Counted from the first letter of the stretch, positions 18,110-28,511 are shown. The stretch is DNA of 64,000 nt from an uncultured Clostridia bacterium (GCA_934177485.1 CAKPPF010000002.1:75188-139187); one strand, 5' to 3'. Notes: generated by a model from the sequence alone, not told the origin. Translations and numbers: made by a program.

Positions 18110-19996
18110 TTAATAGTTTTCTTCCTTCTCATTTTTATTATCTTCACTATTGTTTAATATTGCTTGTTCTTTTGTTGTATCTTCTTGTTTCTTTATAGCA
18201 TCTATAATCATTATAAATTTAACATTTCCTTCGTTATTTCCATTTAACATTGTAAAATTATTATATTGTTTTGATAAATTGCTTAATTTTTGTACTCTTG
18301 TTGTTATGTCTTTCACATCTCCATTTATATAATTACAAATTTGTTTTATTCCTTCGTTATTAAATTTTGTCATTCCTTCTGCTAATTCACTTGAGCCATT
18401 ATTTAATTCATTTAATCCTGATGTTAATTCTTCTAATCCACTTCCTAACGTACTCATTTGAGCTGCCACTTTTTTACTTGCTTCTGATTTTACTTTGTTG
18501 CCAACAGTTGTTGCAACAGATGTAGCTGTTTTTTTTGCTGCTAATGTTGTAGCAGATTGAGCTGATGTTAATGCAGTTTGTTCTGCTATTGCTTTTGCAC
18601 TTGCAATACCTTGTTTTTCTATTGTTGTTCTTTGTGCTTCTATTCCTGCATCTGCTTCAGCTTTTATTTGTTTAATTTTTTCATCTGATAAATTTTCTGC
18701 TTGTTTACCAATTGCATTTAATTGTTCCGTTGTTAATTTTGCTTGGTTAGCTGCTTTTAATCCAATTGCTTGTAATTCTTCTTGTGTTAAATTTGGATTT
18801 GCAGTTTTTGCGCTTACCATTGCTGTATTTTTAGCAGTTTTCATTGCAGTTTGTTGTGCCACAGTTTTAGCTGTTTCGTTTGCTGTTTTCTTTGCTGTTG
18901 CAAGAGCTGTTTGTTCTGCTATTGCTTTTGCATTTGCAACAAATTGTTCTTTAATTATATCTGCTTGTGCATCAATCCCAGCATCTGCTGCCACAATAAT
19001 AGCTTGTTTTTGTTCTTCTGTTAATATTGAGCTATCTTCTGCTTGTTTTTCTATTGCAGCTAAAGTTTTTGAGTCTAAAGCACTACTTTTATCTTTTTTT
19101 AAACTTTTTGTTGATTCATTTACTTTGTTTGTTATTTGTTTTGCTCCATCATATGCTGTAGATATACCACTACTTACTTGATTTGAACCTTCTTCTAATT
19201 TATTTGCACTTTCTTGTAATGTATTAACTTTACTATATAAACTATCCATTTTATCAAATAATTTTAAATCATCTTCTTCTATTACTTTCGGAGTTACATA
19301 TGTAATTATACTGCTAGATTCAAAATCTTCTGAATCCATAGTAATTTCAATACTACTTGGTATATCTATTGTTTTTTTACTAACACCTAGACTTTCTTGT
19401 AAACCAGGCATAGCCATTCCTATAACAACTGTTTTACTTCCATCGTTTATTAATTTACCATTTGAAACAGCAATGTTTTTATTGTTATCATTTTTAATTA
19501 TAGTTCCTGCAACAACAACAAATGGTGTGTACATTTTTACATTTTTACCATTAACGTTAACAATATGTGAATCTTTATTTGTATAAGCTAGCGTTATTTT
19601 TACTTTTCCTGATTTACCTGCAAGTTCACTTGCTTCAACTTCTTTTCCATCTAATTCATAACTTACATTGCATTCTATTGGTAAATCTTTTTGACTTTCG
19701 CCTTCGTAGTATATATCTTCTTTATTTGCTTGCCAAATTAATGAATTTTCATCTTGCTCAAATGTTTCATCTCCATTTGTATTTGTAATATTTAATAAAT
19801 CAGATAAATCTTTTAGAGTTTCATCTTCTTTATCATTTTTCAAATGTGTGCTTACAATAGTTTGATATTTGCTACCATTTGCATCTAATTTAGAATACAC
19901 TGTTTCATCTTTTGTATAAGCAAATACTGGTGCAGTATAAGCTGTCATTGTAAGTAATAAAGCTCCTGATATTATCTTTAATCCTTTTTCTTTCAT
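18110..19996 (-). CDS. Secreted YhgE/Pip-domain protein with X-X-X-Leu-X-X-Gly heptad repeats
   Basis: 628 aa with a signal peptide. It contains an internally repeated alpha-helical Ala/Thr/Lys/Gln region and the segment LGSGLEELTSGLNELNNGSSELAEGMTKF. It is encoded directly downstream of the MMPL transporter gene. Confidence 0.55.
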   Translation of the reverse strand: MKEKGLKIISGALLLTMTAYTAPVFAYTKDETVYSKLDANGSKYQTIVSTHLKNDKEDETLKDLSDLLNITNTNGDETFEQDENSLIWQANKEDIYYEGESQKDLPIECNVSYELDGKEVEASELAGKSGKVKITLAYTNKDSHIVNVNGKNVKMYTPFVVVAGTIIKNDNNKNIAVSNGKLINDGSKTVVIGMAMPGLQESLGVSKKTIDIPSSIEITMDSEDFESSSIITYVTPKVIEEDDLKLFDKMDSLYSKVNTLQESANKLEEGSNQVSSGISTAYDGAKQITNKVNESTKSLKKDKSSALDSKTLAAIEKQAEDSSILTEEQKQAIIVAADAGIDAQADIIKEQFVANAKAIAEQTALATAKKTANETAKTVAQQTAMKTAKNTAMVSAKTANPNLTQEELQAIGLKAANQAKLTTEQLNAIGKQAENLSDEKIKQIKAEADAGIEAQRTTIEKQGIASAKAIAEQTALTSAQSATTLAAKKTATSVATTVGNKVKSEASKKVAAQMSTLGSGLEELTSGLNELNNGSSELAEGMTKFNNEGIKQICNYINGDVKDITTRVQKLSNLSKQYNNFTMLNGNNEGNVKFIMIIDAIKKQEDTTKEQAILNNSEDNKNEKEENY

Positions 19997-20020
19997 TTCT
20001 TCTCTTCTTCCTTTCCTATA

Positions 20021-22087
20021 CTAATTATTTATTTTACTCATTTTTCTTGTTGTTTTACAAATGATTTTATCAAATAACATTATGAAAGCTGGTAATACTG
20101 TAATAACAACAATCATACTTATAATTGCTCCTCTAGACATTAAAGTACATAATGAACCTATTATTTCTATTTTTGAATATGCTCCAACACCAAATGTTGC
20201 TCCAAAGAAACATAATCCACTTACTATTATTGATGATATTGATGTTCCTAATGCTTCGTCTATTGCCACATATTTGTCTTTTCCATCTTTTCTTAAATCA
20301 ATATATTTAGTTGTAATTAAAATTGCATAATCTATTGTTGCTCCTAGCTGAATTGTTCCAATTACTATAGAAGCTATAAATGGCAAAGATGTATTTGTAT
20401 ATGCTGGTATTCCCATGTTTATAAATATTGCAAATTCTATTACAGTAATTAAAATTATAGGTAATGAAATAGATTTTAAAACACATATCATTATTATAAA
20501 TATAATTGCAATTGAAAATGTATTTACACTGTTAAAATCATGATCGCTTATTTCTACCAAGTCTTTCATTAAAGGTCCTTCACCTGCTAATATTGCATTA
20601 CTATCATATTTTTTTATAATTTTATTTACTTCGTTTACCTGATTATTTAACTCATCTGTTGCCATCTCATACTTAGAATTAACTAAAAGCATTTGATATT
20701 TATCATTTTCAAATACAGATTTTATATCATCTGAAAGCATTTGCTCTGGCAAAGCTCCAGATACCTTTGGATATCCTAAAGTCCAGACAATGCCATCAAC
20801 ATTTTCTATTTCTTTTAGCATTTCATTTACTTTATAATCTGGTAGTTTTGCGTCAACCAATATTACTTCTGTTGATACCATATCAAATTTTTCTTTCAAT
20901 TCTTTATTAGCAGTAATACTTGGCAAACTTTCTGGTAATGATTTGTCTAGATTATAGTAAACATCTGTATTTTTATATCCATAAATTGCAAATGGTAAAA
21001 TTATTATAAATAAAATAATTATTGCCTTATGATGTTTTATATTAAAGTCTTTTACTCTTTTAAACTTAGGTAATATTTCTTTGTGTGATGTTTTTTCTAT
21101 TAAATTATTAAATACTAATAACATTGCTGGTAATACTGTAACAACACAAATAACTCCTAGTAAAACACCTTTTGCCATAACTATGCCTATATCTTTTCCA
21201 AGTGTTAAATTCATACTACATAAAGCTAAGAATCCAGCTATTGTAGTTAATGAACTACCAATTACAGATACTAAAGTTTTTGAAATTGCATGTGCCATTG
21301 CTTCATCGTTATTACTATATATTTCTTTTTGTGCCTTATAACTGTGGTATAAGAATATTGCGAAGTCCATTGTAACACCAAGTTGTAATACTGCACTAAT
21401 TGCTTTTGTTATATATGAAATTTCTCCTAAAAATATATTTGTTCCCATATTGTACAATATTGCAACACCAATATTAAGTAATAAAAATATTGGTGCAACA
21501 TATGAGTCTAAAGCCAACTGCAAAATTATTAAGCATAATGCAACCGCTATTATAACGTATATTATAACTTCAGAATTAGATAAATCTCTTGTATCTAAGA
21601 CTGTTGCAGACATTCCGCTAATTTTACAACGTTCATCTGTTATGTCTCTTAATTTTTCTATTGTTTCCATAGTTGTATCTGATGAAATGCTATCTTTAAA
21701 AGTAACTAGTAAAATAGTATTTCCGTCTTTGTATACCTTATCTTTTATTTCATTTGGTATCATATCTACAGGTATGCTAGTTCCTAGAACATCAGAAATT
21801 CCAACTACTTTTTCTACATTATCAATTTCTTTAAACTTATCTTCAAGTTTTAAAATATCTTTTGTTTTCATATTTTCTAATACAACAATTGAATATGCTC
21901 CCATATTAAAATCTTCTGAAAGAATATTTTCGCCTTTAATTGTTTCTATGTTATCTGGCAAATATACCAAAATATCATAATTAATTCTAGTAGCTTTCAT
22001 TCCAATAATTGATGGAATTAACAATATTAATGCTATTATTAGAATTGTTTTTTTGTGTTTGCATATAAATTCTCCAAATTTAAGCAT
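20021..22087 (-). CDS. MMPL/RND-superfamily membrane transporter
   Basis: 688 aa with two homologous halves, each having a large extracytoplasmic loop followed by 5-6 TM helices. Confidence 0.7.
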   Translation of the reverse strand: MLKFGEFICKHKKTILIIALILLIPSIIGMKATRINYDILVYLPDNIETIKGENILSEDFNMGAYSIVVLENMKTKDILKLEDKFKEIDNVEKVVGISDVLGTSIPVDMIPNEIKDKVYKDGNTILLVTFKDSISSDTTMETIEKLRDITDERCKISGMSATVLDTRDLSNSEVIIYVIIAVALCLIILQLALDSYVAPIFLLLNIGVAILYNMGTNIFLGEISYITKAISAVLQLGVTMDFAIFLYHSYKAQKEIYSNNDEAMAHAISKTLVSVIGSSLTTIAGFLALCSMNLTLGKDIGIVMAKGVLLGVICVVTVLPAMLLVFNNLIEKTSHKEILPKFKRVKDFNIKHHKAIIILFIIILPFAIYGYKNTDVYYNLDKSLPESLPSITANKELKEKFDMVSTEVILVDAKLPDYKVNEMLKEIENVDGIVWTLGYPKVSGALPEQMLSDDIKSVFENDKYQMLLVNSKYEMATDELNNQVNEVNKIIKKYDSNAILAGEGPLMKDLVEISDHDFNSVNTFSIAIIFIIMICVLKSISLPIILITVIEFAIFINMGIPAYTNTSLPFIASIVIGTIQLGATIDYAILITTKYIDLRKDGKDKYVAIDEALGTSISSIIVSGLCFFGATFGVGAYSKIEIIGSLCTLMSRGAIISMIVVITVLPAFIMLFDKIICKTTRKMSKINN

Positions 22088-22106
22088 TTTTTGCTCTCCT
22101 TTCTTT

Positions 22107-22276
22107 ATGACTTTTAGTCACTTTATATATAATAATACTTTTGTGACCATTAGTCAATAGCTTATTATAAATATTTTATTTTTTTGTTAAATTCATAGTA
22201 TTAACGGCATTGTATTGCAATATATAATGAGTATATTTAAAAATTAATTCTATATATTCTATTGACTATTAGTTCA
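22107..22276. promoter_or_regulatory. Divergent promoter region with three related palindromes (candidate TetR operators)
   Basis: The palindromes are TGACTTTTAGTCA (22107-22119), TGACCATTAGTCA (22144-22156) and TGACTATTAGTTCA (22263-22276). They lie between the divergent MMPL operon and the TetR gene. Confidence 0.5.
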
Positions 22277-22312
22277 TTTCGTGTAATAATATATTCATAA
22301 GGGGGTTTTTTT

Positions 22313-22909
22313 ATGAATAAAGAAGAACAAAAAAATGAAAAAGAATCTAGACTATTAGACACTGCATTTCAACTTTTTACACAAAAAGGTATAAAAGATA
22401 CTTCTATTCAAGACATAGTTGACAATGCAAATGTAGCTAAAGGTACTTTCTATTTATATTTTAAGGATAAATATGAAATACGTGATATTTTAATAGCAAA
22501 GAAATCAGAAAAATTATTTAATGATGCTTTGGAGCATATGAAAAGCAATTATATTGAAAATTTTTCTGACCAAATTATATTTATTATTAATTATGTTATA
22601 GATGAATTGGTTAAAGCTCCTTTAGTTTTAAAGTTTATTTCTAAAAATTTATCTTGGGGAGTTTATAACGAAACAATTACTAAAATATATGAAGAAAAAA
22701 GCTCAGACGAAGAAAGCCTTTATGGGTTATTTTTAAAAGGCGTTAAAGAAAATAACCTAAATTTAAAAAATCCTAAAGTAACTTTATTTATGATAATAGA
22801 ACTTGTAAGTTCAACTTGTTTTGATTCTATAATTTATAAAAAGCCTTTACCAATTGAAGAATATAAACCTTACTTATATAATGTAATTAGAAACTTATTA
22901 AAAGAATAA
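22313..22909 (+). CDS. TetR/AcrR-family transcriptional regulator
   Basis: 198 aa with the N-terminal HTH LLDTAFQLFTQKGIKDTSIQDIVDNANVAKGTFYLYFKDK. Confidence 0.8.
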   Translation: MNKEEQKNEKESRLLDTAFQLFTQKGIKDTSIQDIVDNANVAKGTFYLYFKDKYEIRDILIAKKSEKLFNDALEHMKSNYIENFSDQIIFIINYVIDELVKAPLVLKFISKNLSWGVYNETITKIYEEKSSDEESLYGLFLKGVKENNLNLKNPKVTLFMIIELVSSTCFDSIIYKKPLPIEEYKPYLYNVIRNLLKE

Positions 22910-22929
22910 AAAGTGGCTTCGCCACTTTT

Positions 22930-23688
22930 TTAACGTCCTATAAACATTTGCACATATATTTTTCCATATTTAGGACTACTTACTACACCTATTCCTGTGT
23001 AATTAAAACTACTATTTAATATATTTGCTCTATGTCCTGATGAGTTCATCCATGCAGTTACTGCTGCACTATTACTAGAATTTCCAGCAATATTTTCTCC
23101 AGCTGATTTATATGATATTTTGAAACTTTTTAACATATCAAATGGTGAGCCGTATGTTGGTGATGTATGAGAAAAATAATTGTTATTTACCATGTCTTGT
23201 GCTTTTATTCTTGCAACTCTTTGAACTTCATTATCAATTTTTAATACTGACAATCCATTATTTGTTCTTTGTTTATTAATTAAATTAAATACTTCTTGTT
23301 CATCACTACTTAGGGTTGTATTCGTCGTAGTTGTATTATTAGAAATGTTATTATTTGTATTACTAGAACTTCCCGCATACACAGCTTTTATATATTTTTT
23401 ACTAACTGCTCCAATATAATTATTATCTGTTTGTATTACATACCAATCTCCAATTCCTGCAAATACTCGTACATATTCGTTTTTCTTAACTGTTGTTATT
23501 ACTTTAAAACCACTACCTGGTCCGCTTCTAACATTTAACACTGTTGCATTTACAATGCCTGTTGAAAAATCTGTTTTATAATAATGTTGCATTGCAAATG
23601 AAGTTGATGTGCCAAGCACTATTATAGAAAAAATAGTGAGCATAAAATATTTAATTATTTTTTTTCTTTTTAAAGTTATTACCTTCAT
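22930..23688 (-). CDS. Secreted SH3b + CAP/SCP (YkwD-like) domain protein
   Basis: I chose the start at ATG 23688, which has a GGAGGA RBS. It has a signal peptide, an SH3-like segment (LNVRSGPGSGFKVITTVKKNEYVRV...WYVIQ) and a CAP domain (YFSHTSPTYGSPFDMLK...GENIA...SSGHRANIL). Confidence 0.7.
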   Translation of the reverse strand: MKVITLKRKKIIKYFMLTIFSIIVLGTSTSFAMQHYYKTDFSTGIVNATVLNVRSGPGSGFKVITTVKKNEYVRVFAGIGDWYVIQTDNNYIGAVSKKYIKAVYAGSSSNTNNNISNNTTTTNTTLSSDEQEVFNLINKQRTNNGLSVLKIDNEVQRVARIKAQDMVNNNYFSHTSPTYGSPFDMLKSFKISYKSAGENIAGNSSNSAAVTAWMNSSGHRANILNSSFNYTGIGVVSSPKYGKIYVQMFIGR

Positions 23689-24006
23689 AATTTCCTCCAT
23701 TTAATATTTTATAATTTTTTTAGCAGGCATGTATGGATGTTCTTGTGCCTATCCTTTCCTACCTCCCTACATCTTTTGAATTCATGTTTATCTTAAATTA
23801 TACGTTGGGTGGACACAGAATTTGACAATACAGCTCATACATAGAAACTTAAGTTACTTTGTTTGTTAAATTATATTCAAAAATAATTTTAAAATGTTTT
23901 ATTTTTAAATTAAGTATATTTTTATTTTTTTAGGACAATATATTTTTAAAATAACTATAAGTAAAAAAATTTATTTAGCAGTTATTGCTAGAATGGAGGT
24001 ATTTAT

Positions 24007-24180
24007 ATGACTAGTAAGGAACTTTTATATGTAGAAGATGCTTTAGGACACGAATGTTATATGAAAACATGTGCACCTAAAACAGCAAATGAGCTTAAAG
24101 ATATTAATCTATCTAACTATATGAATGAATTAGCACAAGAACACACCGATTTATTTAACAAATTTTTAAAATTATTATAG
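24007..24180 (+). CDS. Small protein (57 aa) co-transcribed with the CotF-like gene
   Basis: GGAGG RBS. Sequence MTSKELLYVEDALGHECYMKTCAPKTANELKDINLSNYMNELAQEHTDLFNKFLKLL. It is too short for the ORF track, and its stop is 12 nt before the next start. Confidence 0.4.
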   Translation: MTSKELLYVEDALGHECYMKTCAPKTANELKDINLSNYMNELAQEHTDLFNKFLKLL

Positions 24181-24192
24181 GAGGAAAATACT

Positions 24193-24438
24193 ATGGATGA
24201 TAGAGAATTAATGGAAAAAGAATTATTAATTATAAAAGGAGCTACAGATTTGTATCTTCATGGTACAATAGAATCTTCAACTGCCGAAGTACACAATGCA
24301 TTTAAAGAAGCATTAAATAAATCTTTAGACATTCAAAATAAAATATATAACCTAATGTCACAAAAAGGTTGGTACAATACAGAAACTGCTGAACAACCAA
24401 AAATAGATTCTGCAAAGCAAAAGTTTTCAGCAAAATAA
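24193..24438 (+). CDS. Spore coat protein F-like (Coat_F domain)
   Basis: 81 aa. The sequence LLIIKGATDLYLHGTIESSTAEVHNAFKEALNKSLDIQNKIYNLMSQKGWY matches the Coat F pattern. Confidence 0.55.
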   Translation: MDDRELMEKELLIIKGATDLYLHGTIESSTAEVHNAFKEALNKSLDIQNKIYNLMSQKGWYNTETAEQPKIDSAKQKFSAK

Positions 24439-24472
24439 AACTCTAGATTGCTCTAGAGTTTTATTATATATT

Positions 24473-26644
24473 CTATGTTTCTGGTTTTGTTCCTTCTATT
24501 GTAATATACATACTAGATACTTTTCCACTTGCTTGAATACGTACTGATTTTATTTCATCTTTTAGATGTACTTTATAGCCATTTTTTAAGTCATCCCTAG
24601 TAATATTAGTTAATGCATATGAAACATTCACAGTATTTGATCCATCTCTTTTGTGTGTTGCCTGATTCATTTTAGTAGTACTTCCAGTATAAATTGTTGT
24701 AAGAATATTATTAGAATATGTTCCTCCTCCTGATGCTTGGAACTTAAAATGAAGTGTTACTTTACTAATTCTTATTCCTCCATTACTATCTATCGATGTA
24801 TCACCGCTTGGAAGAGCTTTTGCTATTGTATTAGCATCTATTGTAAAAGTTCCCATGTCTACAGTTTTACTTCCAGCTCCTTTATATGATGCGGTGGCAC
24901 TACCTCCATTTAATATTCCAGAGTAGGTACTATTACTATTTGAAGTAAAATAAATATTATTAGTAGTAAATGCTAAATAAGTTCTATCCAAAGATATATT
25001 TAATGTTTGATTTGATGAAACACTATTAATATTTCCAGATTTTGATGTATACAAAGATTTACTAACTGCATAAGTAATGTTTGTTCCATAATCTACTGTA
25101 ACACTTTGAGTTCCTGTACCGCTTGTAAGTTGGGTTCCATCCGATTTTTTAATTGTTACCGTTGCGTCTGATGGTGTTGGATTTATTGTTACTGCGTATG
25201 TGTATATTTTTAATGTAATTGACATAGTTGTCGTTTCATTAATTGTTTTTGATCCTGATTGAGGTGCATATCCAGTTTTTTCTACACTGTAACTTATGGT
25301 ATCTCCATCATATACTGTTAGTTGTTTTGTTGTTTTTCCATTTATTTTAACAGTGGCATCTGATGGTGTTGGTTTTATTGTTACTACCCAGATTTTCTTT
25401 AAGGTAACATTAATTGTCTCTCCCTTTGTAACAGTTATATTTTCCTTAGTTACTGACTCGTATCCAGATTTTTCTACTAAATAACTTAACTTGTCTCCTT
25501 CTTCTAATGTTATTGAATTTCTTGTTGTTCCATTAATTTTTATTGTTGCATCCGATGGCGTTGCATTTATTATTATTGTACATGGTTTTTTTAGTGTAAT
25601 AGTTATTTCTTTATCTGATGTTATCATTTCAACACCTTGTTTAGTATTGTATCCTTCTTTTTCAGCTGAATAAGCTATTTGTGTTCCATGTTCAATTAAA
25701 ATTCCACTATCTGTTATGGTTGTTCCATTTACTTTTCTGGTTACTCCTGTTAATATTTCTCCATTTATATCAAGCACATTTAATTTTACAGTATATTTCT
25801 TTTTTTCGAGTCTTATATTGCTTACTTGTTTATTTTCAGTTATATTTTCAACTCTTCCATTTATATCGTTATATCCTTCTTTACTTACTTTATATGATAT
25901 GGTATCTCCATAGCTAACAGTAATCTCTTGAGATCCTTTTCCGATTTGTAACTCATTTCCAGAAGAATCATATATAGTCACTATTGCTTCGCTGTCTTCC
26001 ACAAATATTTTAACAGTATATTTTAAAATTTCTAGATTAACATTTATGGTAGAATCATTTTGGCCTAAAACCATTGTATTTGTTTGACTTTGGTAACCTT
26101 CACAACTTACAGTATATGTTATATGTGATCCTTTATAGTCTTCTAATGTTACTTCCCCAGTACCATAAGCAGTTCTCCCTGTGTTCATAGATTCTATGTT
26201 TATGTATGAATTTTCTGGTTTTGCTTTTATAGTTATAGAACTTTTTGAAGTATCTATTATAATTTCAGATTCATCTTTATTTGTGCTTACATTTCCACTG
26301 TTTATATATAATTTATATCGTCTGCCTTTTTTTGATTCTATTGAAATATAATTTCCGTCTTCACTTAAAGATGCAAACTTGCACCAATCATTTCCTGTAA
26401 TTTGTTCTAGCAATTTATTTTTATTTTCCACTGTTTCAATATTGCCTAGCTCTTTTTGTTTCATATATTCAAGCTTAATTTTTTCCGCAACCTGCAAATC
26501 TTCATAATCATATAAAATGTCTTCTGTTTTATCTATAACTTTATTTCCTTGTGTAACATTAATTGTTACAGTTGCTAATATTGTTAATACAACTAATATA
26601 ATTATTAATGCAATTAATGTTATTCCTCTATTATTCTTAAGCAT
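24473..26644 (-). CDS. Large surface protein with a prepilin-like N-terminus and about six PEGA-like repeats
   Basis: 723 aa. The N-terminus MLKNNRG-ITLIALIIILVVLTILATV resembles a class III signal but has Ala, not Glu, at +5. The repeated ~70 aa units (e.g. TIKINGTTRNSITLEEGDKLSYLVEKSGYESV) fit the PEGA domain. Confidence 0.55.
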   Translation of the reverse strand: MLKNNRGITLIALIIILVVLTILATVTINVTQGNKVIDKTEDILYDYEDLQVAEKIKLEYMKQKELGNIETVENKNKLLEQITGNDWCKFASLSEDGNYISIESKKGRRYKLYINSGNVSTNKDESEIIIDTSKSSITIKAKPENSYINIESMNTGRTAYGTGEVTLEDYKGSHITYTVSCEGYQSQTNTMVLGQNDSTINVNLEILKYTVKIFVEDSEAIVTIYDSSGNELQIGKGSQEITVSYGDTISYKVSKEGYNDINGRVENITENKQVSNIRLEKKKYTVKLNVLDINGEILTGVTRKVNGTTITDSGILIEHGTQIAYSAEKEGYNTKQGVEMITSDKEITITLKKPCTIIINATPSDATIKINGTTRNSITLEEGDKLSYLVEKSGYESVTKENITVTKGETINVTLKKIWVVTIKPTPSDATVKINGKTTKQLTVYDGDTISYSVEKTGYAPQSGSKTINETTTMSITLKIYTYAVTINPTPSDATVTIKKSDGTQLTSGTGTQSVTVDYGTNITYAVSKSLYTSKSGNINSVSSNQTLNISLDRTYLAFTTNNIYFTSNSNSTYSGILNGGSATASYKGAGSKTVDMGTFTIDANTIAKALPSGDTSIDSNGGIRISKVTLHFKFQASGGGTYSNNILTTIYTGSTTKMNQATHKRDGSNTVNVSYALTNITRDDLKNGYKVHLKDEIKSVRIQASGKVSSMYITIEGTKPET

Positions 26645-26738
26645 CTTTTCCTCCTTTGTAACCGTTATTATATCAAATAATTACATTTTTTAAAATTATA
26701 TATTTCCTAAGCTTGTATGTCAATTGTTCAAATGCTAA

Positions 26739-27257
26739 TTATTCAATGTACCCAATATATGGTAAATTTCTATATTTATCTTTATAATCTAGCCCATATC
26801 CTAATACAAATTTATTTTCAATTTCAAATCCTGTATAGTCGACATTTATAGGTTTTACTCTTCTTTCTTTTTTATCTAAAAGGACACATATTTTCAAATT
26901 TTTTGGATCCTTTTTTACTAAGTAATCATATATATAATTTAGAGTTAAACCAGAATCTATGATATCTTCAACTATAATTACATTTTTATCTTTAATATCT
27001 GTACTTATATCTAACTTAAAATTAATTGTTCCACTACTTTGCAATTCATCTCCATAACTATTTACTTTCATAAAATCTAATATTAAGTTATTATTTAATT
27101 CTTTAGATAAATCTATTGCAAAATAAGCAGCTCCCTTTAATATGCAAACTAAAACAATTTCTTCATTTTTAAAATCTTTTAAAATTTCTTGCGCAATTTC
27201 TTTTATTCTATTTTTTATTTTTTCTTCATTTATTAGTACTTTTATATCCATTTCCAT
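26739..27257 (-). CDS. hpt: Hypoxanthine phosphoribosyltransferase
   Basis: 172 aa with the PRPP-binding motif VIIVEDIIDSGLTL and the C-terminal GYGLDY..YRNLPYIG. Confidence 0.85.
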   Translation of the reverse strand: MEMDIKVLINEEKIKNRIKEIAQEILKDFKNEEIVLVCILKGAAYFAIDLSKELNNNLILDFMKVNSYGDELQSSGTINFKLDISTDIKDKNVIIVEDIIDSGLTLNYIYDYLVKKDPKNLKICVLLDKKERRVKPINVDYTGFEIENKFVLGYGLDYKDKYRNLPYIGYIE

Positions 27258-27374
27258 ATTAAACTTTCTCCCCTTTTTATTATATAATAGATTTTATATA
27301 TTTTCTACAATTTTGTCAATTATTGTTTTTGTTATTTTATACCATTTATGCTATAATATAATAGTGAGGTAATT

Positions 27375-28499
27375 ATGAAAAATAGTATTGATTTAATAAT
27401 AAAATTGTTAGTAAAGTTAGTTGTATTACTCTTTGTAATATTTATTTCTTTTGTTGGATATGTAATTGTTTTTTCTAGACAAAATAATATAGAAATTGAT
27501 GATACAATTTCGTATATAAAAGAAATTGGCACAGTAATTTCAAATAAAACAAATACTATCTCGAAAGATAGCGTTAATATTTTATTGCCAGATACCAATG
27601 CAAATAACACTCAAATTTCATCAAAAACTTTAAACTCTTTTTATTATGATCAACTTGACGATATTGCAAAAACTGTTTATTCCTCACTAGATGATAATTT
27701 AGATAATTTAAAAAATGATAATTTTAATATAGATTTTGATACCAAGTTTAACTCAATTTTAAACAGCTCAGATGGTCAGGAAAAGGTCGAAAAAGCATTT
27801 CAATCAGCTTTAGATGCATTTATTTATGATCACCCCGAATTATTTTATTTAGATTTAACAAAAATGTCTCTACATATAAAATCATCTTCAATTGCAACAA
27901 AAACTACTTATAGAGTTTCACTTGTTCCAAATAATGTAACATCATATCTTTCAAGTTCTTTTACGTCTAAAACTGATGTTGAAAATGCAATTAATAAAGT
28001 ACAAAACGAAAAAGCAAATATTGTTAATTCTATATCTAAAGAATCTTCAAATTATGATAAAGCTTTAAAAGTTCACGATTACCTTGTAAAAAATTTAGAA
28101 TATGAAACCTCTCTTCAAGAGGAAAATAATAGAAATATTTATGGTGCCCTAATAGAAAAAAATGTAGTTTGTGAAGGCTATGCAAAAGCATTTAAATATT
28201 TAATGGACGAATTAAATATAGAGTGTATACTTGTAAGTGGAACTGCAACTAATTCTTCTGGGCATTCAGAAGCTCATATGTGGAATTATATAAAATTAAA
28301 TGACAATTGGTATGGTGTAGATGTAACATGGGATGATCCAGTTATAATTGGAAATACTAGTTCAAAAAATATAATAAGACATAATTATTTTTGTAAGGGG
28401 AAATCTACCTTTGGAAAAACACATATTCCAAATGGACAGATTTCAGATACAGGTATAAGATTTTCTATTCCAGAATTAAGCGAAACAAATTATAAATAA
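27375..28499 (+). CDS. Membrane-anchored transglutaminase-like cysteine protease domain protein
   Basis: 374 aa with an N-terminal TM helix and a Cys-His-Asp core context (VCEGYAKAFKYLM, HMWNYIKL, GVDVTWDD). Confidence 0.7.
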   Translation: MKNSIDLIIKLLVKLVVLLFVIFISFVGYVIVFSRQNNIEIDDTISYIKEIGTVISNKTNTISKDSVNILLPDTNANNTQISSKTLNSFYYDQLDDIAKTVYSSLDDNLDNLKNDNFNIDFDTKFNSILNSSDGQEKVEKAFQSALDAFIYDHPELFYLDLTKMSLHIKSSSIATKTTYRVSLVPNNVTSYLSSSFTSKTDVENAINKVQNEKANIVNSISKESSNYDKALKVHDYLVKNLEYETSLQEENNRNIYGALIEKNVVCEGYAKAFKYLMDELNIECILVSGTATNSSGHSEAHMWNYIKLNDNWYGVDVTWDDPVIIGNTSSKNIIRHNYFCKGKSTFGKTHIPNGQISDTGIRFSIPELSETNYK

Positions 28500-28511
28500 A
28501 CTATTTTTATA

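Noticed and set aside
18450-19100. Periodic nucleotide repeats that could superficially look like an array
   Set aside because: They lie entirely inside the 628-aa ORF and encode its repeated Ala/Thr/Lys/Gln helical segments (AKAIAEQTAL...). They have no spacer-repeat architecture and are not a CRISPR array.
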